Assembly (NCBI GenBank): GCA_036676985.1
Contig: JAKFBU010000038.1
Coordinates: 128,001 to 192,000 of the forward strand
DNA: 64,000 nt
Source of the DNA: Candidatus Sericytochromatia bacterium
Lineage (GTDB): Bacteria; Cyanobacteriota; Sericytochromatia; S15B-MN24; UBA4093
Direction of reading: 5' to 3'
Below are positions 18,877 through 27,934 of this stretch, one piece after another. Under the pieces are notes generated by a model. That model was not told the origin of the DNA. It made no database searches and saw only the letters and a program-made list of their open reading frames with translations. The first letter of the stretch is position 1; each line of letters starts with the position of its first letter. Position numbers and translations under genes: made by a program.

Positions 18877-20259
18877 CTACATGTGGATGGGCTGGCCGAT
18901 GGCGGCGAGGGCCGCTTCCTTGATAGCCTCCGACAGGGTCGGGTGGGCGTGGATCGTCAGGTCGATCTCGGTGGCCGTGGTCTCGAGCGTCATGCCGAGG
19001 CCCACTTCGCTCAAGAGCTCCGTCACCTCGGGCCCGACCATGTGCGCGCCGATGATCTCGCCGTACTTGGTGTCGACCACGAGCTTCACAAAACCGTCGG
19101 TCTCGCCGAGGGCCTGGGCCTTGCCGTTCGGGGCGAACGGGAACTTGCCGACCTTCACGTCGAGGCCGCGCTTCTTGGCCTCTTCCTCGGTGAGGCCGAT
19201 GGAGGCCACCTGGGGCTCGCAGTAGGTGCAGCTCGGGATGCGATCGTAGTTGATGGGCGTGGGGTGGTGGCCCGCGATGTGCTCGACGCAGATGACGCCC
19301 ATGGCCGACGCCACGTGGGCGAGCATGGCCTTGCCCGTCACGTCGCCGATGGCGTAGAGGCCCTCGACGTTGGTCTTGCCGAAGTCGTCGGCCACGATGA
19401 AGCCGCGATCGGTCTTGACGCCCAGGGTCTCGAGGCCCAGGTTCTCGGTGTTGGGCGAGAAGCCGATGCCGACCAGCAGCTTGGGGGCTTCGAGCTCCTT
19501 GGTTCCCTTGGCGCTCGAGAGCGAAACCTTGACGCCGTCGGCGCGCTGCTCGACCTTCTCGACCTTGTGGCCCGTGAGGACCTCGATTCCGAGCTTCTTG
19601 TAGGCGCGCTCGAGCACGGCGGCCACCTCGGCGTCCTCGCGGGGCAGCAGGTGGTCGGCCATCTCGACGATGGTCACCTGGACGCCGTAGTTGGCGAAGA
19701 CGAAGGCGAACTCGACGCCGATGGCGCCGCCGCCGAGCACGATGAGCTTGGAGGGCAGGTCGCGCATGTGGACGGCTTCCTTGGCGGTGTAGACCACCTT
19801 GGCGTCCGCCGTGAGGCCCGGCAGGAGGCGCGGACGGGCGCCGGTCGCAATCACGATGTGCTTGGCCGTGATTTCCTGGCCGTTGTCGACGGCGATCTTG
19901 CCCTTGCCGACGAGGCGGCCGCGGCCCTTGACCACGTCGATCTTGTTCTTCTTCATCAGGAAGCCGAGACCCGTGGTCTGCTTCTTGACCACCGCCTCGG
20001 AGCGATCGACGGCCTTGGTGTAGTCGGGCTTGATGCCGTCCACGGCGATGCCGAAGGTGTCGGAGTGCTTGATGGTGTGCAGCACCGAGGCGTTCTTCAA
20101 GAGGGCCTTGGTCGGGATGCAGCCCCAGTTGAGGCACACGCCGCCCAGCTCCTCGGCCTCGACGATGGCCGTCTTGAGACCGAGCTGGGCCGCGCGGATG
20201 GCGGCGACGTAGCCGCCCGGGCCCGAGCCGATGACTGCGAGATCGTAGGTGGTTGCCAT
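18877..20259 (-). CDS. lpdA: Dihydrolipoyl dehydrogenase (E3)
   Basis: GSGPGGYVAAIRAAQ, GGVCLNWGCIP, HAHPTLSE motifs. Confidence 0.97.
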   Translation of the reverse strand: MATTYDLAVIGSGPGGYVAAIRAAQLGLKTAIVEAEELGGVCLNWGCIPTKALLKNASVLHTIKHSDTFGIAVDGIKPDYTKAVDRSEAVVKKQTTGLGFLMKKNKIDVVKGRGRLVGKGKIAVDNGQEITAKHIVIATGARPRLLPGLTADAKVVYTAKEAVHMRDLPSKLIVLGGGAIGVEFAFVFANYGVQVTIVEMADHLLPREDAEVAAVLERAYKKLGIEVLTGHKVEKVEQRADGVKVSLSSAKGTKELEAPKLLVGIGFSPNTENLGLETLGVKTDRGFIVADDFGKTNVEGLYAIGDVTGKAMLAHVASAMGVICVEHIAGHHPTPINYDRIPSCTYCEPQVASIGLTEEEAKKRGLDVKVGKFPFAPNGKAQALGETDGFVKLVVDTKYGEIIGAHMVGPEVTELLSEVGLGMTLETTATEIDLTIHAHPTLSEAIKEAALAAIGQPIHM

Positions 20260-20375
20260 GATGAAGCTTCCTTTTTTACTGAGAGGAGCCGTCCGCTCTG
20301 GGAGCGGAGGCTCGGATGGTCTGGGGTTCAAGATCGGGCAGGCCGGGGGACGCCAAGCATCCCCCGGCCAGCAGG

Positions 20376-21632
20376 TTAGAGCAGGAGCAGCATCGGGGTC
20401 TGCAGGATGCGCTTGACCTCCGCGAGGAACTGCGCGGCCGTGGCCCCGTCGATGACCCGGTGATCGCTCGACATGGTGACGCGCATGATCGAGCGGACGA
20501 CGATCTGGTCCTTGTCGCCCACCACGGGCTCCTTCTTGATGGAGCCGATGGCGAGGATCGCCGACTCGGGCGGGTTGATGATGGCCGTGAAGCTCTCCAC
20601 GTCGAAGGAGCCCAGGTTGCTCACCGTGATGGTGCCGCCGCCCATCTCGTCCGGCCGCAGCTTGTTGGCCTTGGCGCGGGCGACGATCTCCTTGGTCTCC
20701 CGGGCGATCTCCGGCAGCGACTTGCCGAGGGCGTTGTGGAGCACCGGCACCACCAGGCCCTCGGGCAGGGCGACGGCGATGCCGACGTTCACCTGGCCGC
20801 GCTCGATGATGCGGGTCTCGCCCCAGCTCGCGTTGACGGTGGGGAACTTGGCCGCGGCCTTGGCGACGGCCTTGACGATGATGTCGTTGAAGGAGACCTT
20901 CTCCTCCTCGCTCACCGCCTGGTTCAGCTGGCTGCGGAAGGCCATCGCCTCGGTCATGTCGATGGCGTTGGTGACGTAGAAGTGCGGGGCCGTCACCTTG
21001 CTCTCGGAGAGCCGGCGAGCGATCGCCTGGCGCATCCGCGAGATGTCGACCGGACGGTCCGCGCCGCCCACGAGGGGAGCCGCCGCGCGGGCACCCGCGG
21101 CCGGGGCCTTGAAGCCCTCGACGTCGCGGCGCACGATCCGGCCGCCCGGGCCGCTGCCCGGTACCTGGCCAAGATCGATGTGCCGCTCGGCCGCCACGCG
21201 GCGAGCGAGGGGCGACGCCTTGACGCGACCGCCGGCGAGCGGCTGGGCCGTCGGGTAGGGCGCGCTCGGAGCCGAGGGGTACTCGGTGGGCGCTTCTTCG
21301 GACTCGGCGGCGGCGGGCGCCTGCGAGACCGGGGTCATGCCGGCCGCGGCCGCAGGGGCCGGGGCGCTGGGCTCGCCGACTTCCACCTTCTCGCCGGGCT
21401 GGGCGATGATGGCGATGGGCTGGCCGACGGGCACGTCCTCACCCGCCTGGTGCAGGATCTTGGCGAGGACGCCCGAGTCGAAGGCCTCGATCTCGATGTT
21501 GACCTTCTCGGTTTGGATCTCGGCGACGGGCTCGCCCTTGTTGACGGCGTCGCCCTCGTTCTTGATCCAGCGAAGGATCTTGCCCTCGGTCATGTCGTAG
21601 CCCATCTTGGGCATCAGTACGTTGGTGGCCAT
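20376..21632 (-). CDS. pdhC: Pyruvate dehydrogenase E2 dihydrolipoamide acetyltransferase
   Basis: Lipoyl domain (QTEKV), E3-binding ASPLARR...GSGPGGRI, catalytic DHRVIDG. Confidence 0.95.
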   Translation of the reverse strand: MATNVLMPKMGYDMTEGKILRWIKNEGDAVNKGEPVAEIQTEKVNIEIEAFDSGVLAKILHQAGEDVPVGQPIAIIAQPGEKVEVGEPSAPAPAAAAGMTPVSQAPAAAESEEAPTEYPSAPSAPYPTAQPLAGGRVKASPLARRVAAERHIDLGQVPGSGPGGRIVRRDVEGFKAPAAGARAAAPLVGGADRPVDISRMRQAIARRLSESKVTAPHFYVTNAIDMTEAMAFRSQLNQAVSEEEKVSFNDIIVKAVAKAAAKFPTVNASWGETRIIERGQVNVGIAVALPEGLVVPVLHNALGKSLPEIARETKEIVARAKANKLRPDEMGGGTITVSNLGSFDVESFTAIINPPESAILAIGSIKKEPVVGDKDQIVVRSIMRVTMSSDHRVIDGATAAQFLAEVKRILQTPMLLLL

Positions 21633-21658
21633 GTTGAAACCTCCAGGCTGCTTACAGG

Positions 21659-22630
21659 CTACTTGAGGACGTCGCGGATGGCCTCGACGACGTTGGCCTT
21701 GTGGGGGTAGGCCGCCATTTCGAGGTGCTTGTTGTAGGGGGCGGGCACCTCGACGCCGGCGACGCGGCGGACGGGCGCATCGAGGTAGTCGAAGGCCTCC
21801 TCGGAGACGCGCGCGGCGATCTCGGCGCCGATGCCGAAGGTCTTCCAACCCTCCTCGGCGACGACCAGGCGGTTGGTCTTCTTGACCGACTCGAGCACGG
21901 GCTCGAGGTCCAGCGGACGCAGCGTGCGCAGGTCGATCACCTCGACGTCGATGCCCTCCTTGGCGAGGTCGTTGGCGGCCTCCATGGCGGCGATCGCCAT
22001 GCGCGAGTAGCTCACGACCGTCACGTCCTTGCCGGGGCGGCGCACCACGGACTTGCCGATGGGCACCAGGTACTCCTCCTCGGGGACCTCGCCCTTCACT
22101 CCGTAGATGAGCGCGTGCTCGATGAAGATGACGGGGTCGTCGTCGCGGATGGCGCTCTTGAGGAGGCCCTTGTGGTCGTAGGGGGTGCTCGGCATGACCA
22201 CCTTGAGCCCCGGCACGTAGGCGAAGAACAGCTCGAGGGTCTGCGAGTGGGTCGCCGACAGCTGGCTCCAGCCCGACGGGGTGCGCATGACCATGGGCAC
22301 CTTCATCTGCCCGCCGAACATGTAGCTCAGCTTGGCCGCGTGGTTGACGACCTGGTCGACGGCCTGGAGGGCGAAGTTGATGCTCATGATCTCGGGCACC
22401 GGGCGCAGGCCGCCCAGGGCGGCACCCGTGGCGGCCCCGATGATGGCGGTCTCCGAGATGGGCGTGTCCTTGACGCGCTTTTCGCCGAACTCGTCGACGA
22501 AGCCCTTGGTGACGCCGTAGGCGCTGCCGTAATAGGCGATGTCCTCGCCCATCAGGAAGACGTTCTCGTCCCGGCGCATCTCCTCCCGCAGGGCTTCCTG
22601 GATGGCCTGGCGAACGGTAAGAATCGGCAT
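21659..22630 (-). CDS. pdhB: Pyruvate dehydrogenase E1 beta subunit
   Basis: GEDI, DTPISE, EVIDLRTLRPLD motifs. Confidence 0.95.
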   Translation of the reverse strand: MPILTVRQAIQEALREEMRRDENVFLMGEDIAYYGSAYGVTKGFVDEFGEKRVKDTPISETAIIGAATGAALGGLRPVPEIMSINFALQAVDQVVNHAAKLSYMFGGQMKVPMVMRTPSGWSQLSATHSQTLELFFAYVPGLKVVMPSTPYDHKGLLKSAIRDDDPVIFIEHALIYGVKGEVPEEEYLVPIGKSVVRRPGKDVTVVSYSRMAIAAMEAANDLAKEGIDVEVIDLRTLRPLDLEPVLESVKKTNRLVVAEEGWKTFGIGAEIAARVSEEAFDYLDAPVRRVAGVEVPAPYNKHLEMAAYPHKANVVEAIRDVLK

Positions 22631-22649
22631 GAGTGTGTGTCTCCTAGTG

Positions 22650-23633
22650 CTAGCGCGCCAACTCGGGCTGGATGGGGTTGGCGTAGATGAAGTCGGTCAA
22701 GGTCGAGAGCTCGGGCTCCGGGCTCTCGTCGGCGAAGCGGACGGAGGCTTCGGCCTCGTCGGCTGCCGACTTCTCGAGGGCGTCGAGCTCGGCCTCGGTG
22801 GCGACGCCATCCTGGATCAGGCGCTGGCGCCAGGTGAGGATGGGGTCGCGCTGGCGCCAGAGCTCGACTTCTTCCTTGGAACGGTACATCTCGGGGTCCG
22901 CCATGGAGTGGCCGCGGAAGCGGTAGGTCTTGGCCTCCAGGAGGACCGGGCCCTTGCCCGCGCGGACATGGTCGACGGCCTTCTTGGTGGCCTCGTAGGA
23001 GGCGAGCACGTCCATGCCATCGAAGGACCAGCCCGGCATGCCGTAGCTGTCGGCGCGCTTGTACAGGTCGGAGATCGACGAGTCCATGTGGGTCGCAAGG
23101 CCCATGGAGTAGAGGTTGTTCTCGATCAGGAAGATGACGGGCAGCTTGAAGACGGCCGCCATGTTGAGCGACTCGTGGAAGCCGCCGTTGTTGGAGCTGC
23201 CGTCGCCGAAGATGGCCATGGCGAGCTGGTCACGGCCCTTGTACTGGTGCGAGAGCGCCAGGCCCACGGCCAGGGGGATGTGGGCGCCGACGATGGCGTA
23301 GCCGCCCCAGAAGTGCTTGCTGACGTCCGCGAAGTGCATGGAGCCGCCGCGGCCCTTGCTGCAGCCGGTCGCCTTGCCGTAGAGTTCGGCCATCAGGGAG
23401 TTGGTGTCCAGGCCCCGGGCGATGGCATGCCCGTGATCGCGGTAGTGCGTGACGATGTCGTCGTCATCGTTGAGGGCGGCGATGGAGCCGACCGCCACGG
23501 CCTCCTGGCCGATATACAGGTGCAGGAACCCCCCGATCTTGGCATACGCATAGCCCTCGGCACACTTCTCTTCGAAGCGGCGGATCAGGACCATCTTGCG
23601 ATACCACTCCAGGGCTTGCTGCTTATCCACCAT
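22650..23633 (-). CDS. pdhA: Pyruvate dehydrogenase E1 alpha subunit
   Basis: GFLHLYIGQEA, GRGGSMH, TPP motif GDG...NN, YRFRGHSMAD. Confidence 0.95.
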   Translation of the reverse strand: MVDKQQALEWYRKMVLIRRFEEKCAEGYAYAKIGGFLHLYIGQEAVAVGSIAALNDDDDIVTHYRDHGHAIARGLDTNSLMAELYGKATGCSKGRGGSMHFADVSKHFWGGYAIVGAHIPLAVGLALSHQYKGRDQLAMAIFGDGSSNNGGFHESLNMAAVFKLPVIFLIENNLYSMGLATHMDSSISDLYKRADSYGMPGWSFDGMDVLASYEATKKAVDHVRAGKGPVLLEAKTYRFRGHSMADPEMYRSKEEVELWRQRDPILTWRQRLIQDGVATEAELDALEKSAADEAEASVRFADESPEPELSTLTDFIYANPIQPELAR

Positions 23634-23927
23634 CTGGAAAGCTCCTTACTCTACAAAGGCGAAGGGCGACGTTCGTGGGTACCCCTGGCGACCAACCGAT
23701 CGTAACACACCTTCGTGAATCCTCACGAAGGCCCATGTAAGCAAATCAGGGCGCGGGTTTTGACCCGACGCCCTCGTCACGGTACCAAGAGCAGCGGCCT
23801 CGTTGCCGGCTCTCTGAGCATAACAATACCAGGTATCGGGCGACAAGGCATTCTTTACGAACCGTAAACCTCGCCTTGACCTCTGCCAGGCGCTATACTG
23901 CCGGGAGGCCCTGCAAAGGAGGACTTC

Positions 23928-24455
23928 ATGGCACGGATTGAACCCTTACCCATCGACGCCGCACCGCCCGGCGTGCGGGAGGTCTTCGACGGCTTCATGC
24001 GCGCGCGCGGCAACGTCCCCAACATGTTCCGGACCATGGCCCTGGTGCCCGAGCTCGCGACCACCCTGTCCGCGCACTTCAAGGCCGTGCTCAACGCCGG
24101 TACCGTCGAGCTGCGGCTCAAGGAGCTCCTGGCCGTCCGGGTGTCCCAGGTCAACAGCTGCAACTACTGACTGGCCTCCCACACTGCTTTGTTAAAGCAG
24201 CTCGGAGCCACGGACGAGACGATCGACGCCCTGACGCGCTGGGCCGAGGCCGGCGCCTTCACGCCCCGCGAGAAGGCCGCCCTGGAGCTCGCCGAGCGCA
24301 TGACGCGCGACGCGCACACGGTGGACGACGCCCTCATGAGCGAGCTCAGGCGCTGGTTCGCGGACTCCGAGATCGTGGAGCTTGCGGCCGTCATCGGGAT
24401 CTTCAACTACTTCAACCGCTTCAACGACGCGCTGGACGTGGACATCACCCGCTGA
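23928..24455 (+). CDS. AhpD/carboxymuconolactone decarboxylase-family protein with an in-frame UGA (CxxU, probable selenoprotein), 175 aa
   Basis: ORFs 23928-24170 and 24189-24455 are in one frame; the junction reads VSQVNSCNY-TGA-LASH, matching the AhpD CxxC-xx-x-H motif; SECIS-like hairpin follows. Confidence 0.8.
24171..24210 (+). promoter_or_regulatory. Putative bacterial SECIS element
   Basis: Upper stem CTGCTTT-GTT-AAAGCAG with the apical loop starting at G, 20 nt after the UGA; lower stem TGGC(C)TCC/GGAGCCA. Confidence 0.65.
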
Positions 24456-24549
24456 TCCGATCGCTTGACTGTTTACAAAAATTCACTAACATCGGTGTAG
24501 CAGACGTTCCGGGTGCGGGGGTGACTCCGCGTTACTAGAGGAGGTACTG

Positions 24550-25104
24550 ATGCGCCGTCCCATGCTTCCCGTCGCCGCCCTCATCCTCGCCCTGTCGGGC
24601 GGAGCGGCCCTCGCTGCGGCCGAAAAGCCCGCCCAGCCCACCCAACCGACCCAGGCCAAGAGCCCCGCCAAGGCAGCCCCCAAGGCGACCGCGGGCAAGC
24701 CCGGGTCGGCCGACGCCAAGCAGCCCAAGTCCGAGATCAAGTCCATCGGCATCCCAACCGTCAAGGAGACGCAGCAGACGCCCGAGCAGATCAAGGCCCA
24801 GCAGGCCGAGTGGAAGAAGATCGACGACCAGCAGGCCTCCGAGCGCAAGGAGCGGCGGGAGCGCTACAAGGCCGTTCGGGCCGAGTTCGCCAAGGAGGGC
24901 ATCAAGTTCAAGAAGGCCTCGAAGCCTGACACCTACCGCGTGTATGCCCCGGCGGTCGCCCAGACGACCGACCCAGCTCAGCGCAAGGCGGCGGCCAAGG
25001 CCCTGGTCACGCGTCTCAAGGGCCAGTTGGAGCCCATCTTCAAGAAGAAGCTCACCTTCGAGATCTACACCGACGACAAGGTGACCCAGCGCGTCACCTT
25101 CTGA
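24550..25104 (+). CDS. Hypothetical secreted/periplasmic protein
   Basis: Sec signal ending ALA, RBS GAGGAGG, Lys/Ala/Gln-rich. Confidence 0.75.
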   Translation: MRRPMLPVAALILALSGGAALAAAEKPAQPTQPTQAKSPAKAAPKATAGKPGSADAKQPKSEIKSIGIPTVKETQQTPEQIKAQQAEWKKIDDQQASERKERRERYKAVRAEFAKEGIKFKKASKPDTYRVYAPAVAQTTDPAQRKAAAKALVTRLKGQLEPIFKKKLTFEIYTDDKVTQRVTF

Positions 25105-25110
25105 CGCCAA

Positions 25111-25136
25111 AAGGCCTGCCCCTCGGGGCAGGCCTT
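25111..25136. terminator. Bidirectional intrinsic terminator
   Basis: AAGGCCTGCCC-CTCG-GGGCAGGCCTT between convergent genes. Confidence 0.75.
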
Positions 25137-25141
25137 CATGT

Positions 25142-26566
25142 TTAGCCGCCGTTGAGCGAGTAGTGCCAGGGCTCGGGTGGATAGTTGTGGAAGCCGAACC
25201 GGGTGGCGTTGCGCTTGAGCCAATCGTAGGCGCCCGGGGTGTTCCGGAAGTCGATGGCGTCGCCCTTCTCGTGGTTGCTGGTGCCAGGCCGCGCGACGTA
25301 CTTGGGGTTGGGGTTCGCCCGCCACAGTTCTTCCTGCTCGGCACGGCTCCGGTAGCCGGAGCTGATCTGGAGATTGATGCCGTCGCGGGCCGCGGCCGCC
25401 ACCATGGCGTCGAACTGGCCGGCCAGGTGCGCGCCGATGTAGTGCCCCTGTCGGCGGACAGCCGGCTTGGGGCCGCCGATGTTGATCACTTCGTCGCTGT
25501 TGCCGCCCGGAGTCTGGTGGACTTGACCTTCGACCCTGATGCCGAGCTCGGTCCAGGTCTTGGGGCCCACGATGCCGTCGGCCTGGAGCCCCTTGGACTG
25601 CTGGAAGCCCTTGACGGCGGCGACGGTCCTGGGGCCCATGGCGCCGTCGGAGGCACCCGGATCGAAGCCCAGCTCCCGCAGTCGATCCTGCAGCTTGCGC
25701 ACCGGGTCGCCGTTCGCGCCCTGCTTGAGCAGCGGGCCGGAGCCGCCGGGCTTGGGCATGGAGACCTGACCTTCGACCTTGATGCCGAGCTCGGTCCAGG
25801 TCTTGGGGCCCACGATGCCGTCGACCTGGAGCCCCTTGGACTGCTGGAAGCCCTTGACGGCCGCGACGGTCTTGGGGCCCATGGCGCCGTCGGTGGCACC
25901 CGGATCGAAGCCTAGCTCACGGAGCCGATCCTGCAGCCTGCGCACGGGGTCGCCGTTGGCGCCCTGCTTGAGCAGCGGGCCGGATCCCTCGGGCTTGGGC
26001 GCGGAAGCCTGGCCATCGACCTTGATGCCGAGCGCGGTCCAGGTCTGGGGGCCGACGATGCCGTCGACCTGGAGCCCCTTGGCCTGCTGGAAGCCCTTGA
26101 CGGCCGCGACGGTCTTGGGGCCCATGGCGCCGTCGGTGGCACCCGGATCGAAGCCCAGCTCACGGAGCCGATCTTGCAGCCTGCGCACGGGGTCGCCGTT
26201 CGCGCCCTGCCTGAGCAGCGGGCCGGACCCCTCGGGCTTAGGTTCGGGCTTGGGCTCAGGCTGCGCGGGGCTGGCCGGTGCCTTGGGCTGCTCCTGTTTG
26301 GCGGGCTGGCCCATCAGGAGCTTGTGCAGCATCTCTGTGAGCCGAGAGATCGTGCCGTTCTGGATGTAGGGCGTGAGCGCCGGGTTGACGGCTGACGCCG
26401 GGGCAGCGCTTTGCGAGAGGGTGAGCGTGTCGACGGGCGGGGCCGGCGGCGCGGTCGGAACGGTAGGAGCGCATTGCATTTGACGCAGCGCACCGAGCAG
26501 TTGCTGGTACTGGGGGACGCTCGTAGGGGGAGCGTAGGAAGTTGCTGCCAAATTGCGAGGATCCAC
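25142..26566 (-). CDS. Peptidoglycan-binding (3x PG_binding_1) M15B/VanY-type D,D-peptidase
   Basis: Three LLxQGANG..V..LQ..L..LGF...DG.MG..T..AV..FQ...GL..DGIVG repeats; SGYRS, TSNHEKGDAID, EPWH. GTG start chosen from RBS GGAGG; start uncertain. Confidence 0.85.
   Translation of the reverse strand: MDPRNLAATSYAPPTSVPQYQQLLGALRQMQCAPTVPTAPPAPPVDTLTLSQSAAPASAVNPALTPYIQNGTISRLTEMLHKLLMGQPAKQEQPKAPASPAQPEPKPEPKPEGSGPLLRQGANGDPVRRLQDRLRELGFDPGATDGAMGPKTVAAVKGFQQAKGLQVDGIVGPQTWTALGIKVDGQASAPKPEGSGPLLKQGANGDPVRRLQDRLRELGFDPGATDGAMGPKTVAAVKGFQQSKGLQVDGIVGPKTWTELGIKVEGQVSMPKPGGSGPLLKQGANGDPVRKLQDRLRELGFDPGASDGAMGPRTVAAVKGFQQSKGLQADGIVGPKTWTELGIRVEGQVHQTPGGNSDEVINIGGPKPAVRRQGHYIGAHLAGQFDAMVAAAARDGINLQISSGYRSRAEQEELWRANPNPKYVARPGTSNHEKGDAIDFRNTPGAYDWLKRNATRFGFHNYPPEPWHYSLNGG
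25502..26230 (-). repeat. Three near-identical 243-nt intragenic tandem repeats (PG-binding domains)
   Basis: GSGPLL starts recur at 26230, 25987 and 25744. Confidence 0.85.
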
Positions 26567-26691
26567 GGGCAATCCCTCCATCACGAGATACATGTTGCTT
26601 GTGGTCGTCGGGGTGGCAATCCTGAGTAAAATCGCTTCCAAGTTTCGTTAAAGTTTGGCTTAACCGTCGGGAAGTCTGATTTAATGGGGGC

Positions 26692-27906
26692 ATGTCGACC
26701 GCCTCCACGCCCGCTTCTCTTTCGCGCCGCATCAAGCAGCACGTCCATGCACCGCTGCATGACTGGTTCGCGCCGTGTGCGCCGGGCTTCGAGCCCGTAG
26801 TGGCAGGCGAGCTCGCGCCCCTGGAGGCCGAGGACATTCGGACCGAGGCGGGGGGCGTCTCCTTTCGGGGCAAGCTGGAAGTGGGCTATCGGGCGAACCT
26901 GTGGCTGCGCGCAGCCAACCGGGTACTCTTGCGCCTGGCCGAGTTCAAGGCGAAGCGTCCCGAAGAGCTGTTCCGCCATGCCAACGGCCTGTACTGGGAG
27001 GCGTTCCTCGCCCCCGACCTTCCCTTGCGCTTCCAGATCACGCGCGTCCGCTCTTGGATCAAGCACGACGGGCTCATCGAGTCGACGCTCCGCGACGCCA
27101 TCCGGCGCCGCCTGCTGGAGCAGGGGCTCGACGCCACCGTGGCCGACAGGCCGATCTCCCCGGCGGAGGACGGCGCGGAGCCCCTGGTGCAGCGCCTCAT
27201 GGTGCGCCTCGAGGACGACCGGCTCACGCTGTCCCTGGACTCGAGCGGCGAGCACCTCCACCGGCGCGGCTACCGCCAGGCGACGGCAAAGGCTCCCTTG
27301 CGGGAGACGCTCGCGGCGGGGATGCTGCTGGCAGCGGGCTATGACGGGCAGCGTCCGCTCCTGGATCCCATGTGCGGGTCCGGGACGCTCGCCATCGAGG
27401 CGGCCCTCATCGCCCGGCGCCTGCCGCCCGGCGCGCACCGCTCGTTCGTGTTCGAGCACTGGCCGTCCTACCGGGAGGCCACCTGGGGGCACTTGAAGAA
27501 GCGCGCGGCGGCCGAGGCCCTTCCGTCCGCTCCGGCGCCCATCGTGGGACGTGACAGCCATGGGGGAGCCATCCGTGCGGCCGAGACGAACGCGGAGCGG
27601 GCAGGTGTTTTGGGGGATCTGGTCCTGGAGCAAGGGGATTTCTTCCGAGCCGAGCCGCCCGCGGGGCCGGGCTGGGTGATCACGAACCCGCCCTACGGCA
27701 TGCGGGTCTCGGAAGGCGAGGACCTCCGGTCGCTGTACCGGCGCATCGGCGGACGGCTGCGGAGTGCCTACGCGGGCTGGGACTACGCCCTACTCGTCCC
27801 CGAGGCGCGGCTCATCGATGTCTTGGGTCTACCCGCCGAGCCCCCCCTCTGGATCCCCCACGGCGGCCTGAAGGTGGCCGTGGTCAGGGGGAAGCTGCCC
27901 CATTAG
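26692..27906 (+). CDS. rlmL: THUMP-domain RNA m2G methyltransferase (RlmL/YpsC-like)
   Basis: LDSSGEHLHRRGYR, APLRETLAA, DPMCGSGT, NPPYG motifs. Confidence 0.85.
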   Translation: MSTASTPASLSRRIKQHVHAPLHDWFAPCAPGFEPVVAGELAPLEAEDIRTEAGGVSFRGKLEVGYRANLWLRAANRVLLRLAEFKAKRPEELFRHANGLYWEAFLAPDLPLRFQITRVRSWIKHDGLIESTLRDAIRRRLLEQGLDATVADRPISPAEDGAEPLVQRLMVRLEDDRLTLSLDSSGEHLHRRGYRQATAKAPLRETLAAGMLLAAGYDGQRPLLDPMCGSGTLAIEAALIARRLPPGAHRSFVFEHWPSYREATWGHLKKRAAAEALPSAPAPIVGRDSHGGAIRAAETNAERAGVLGDLVLEQGDFFRAEPPAGPGWVITNPPYGMRVSEGEDLRSLYRRIGGRLRSAYAGWDYALLVPEARLIDVLGLPAEPPLWIPHGGLKVAVVRGKLPH

Positions 27907-27934
27907 GGCGACATCGAGCCAGTCTTCATGCACG

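Noticed and set aside
23928-24455. Pseudogene or two separate small genes
   Set aside because: Both halves share one frame, the stop sits exactly at the catalytic Cys position and a SECIS-like hairpin follows, so recoding is the simpler explanation.
25502-26230. 243-nt direct repeats as a mobile element or assembly artefact
   Set aside because: They encode tandem PG-binding domains in frame and differ at several positions.
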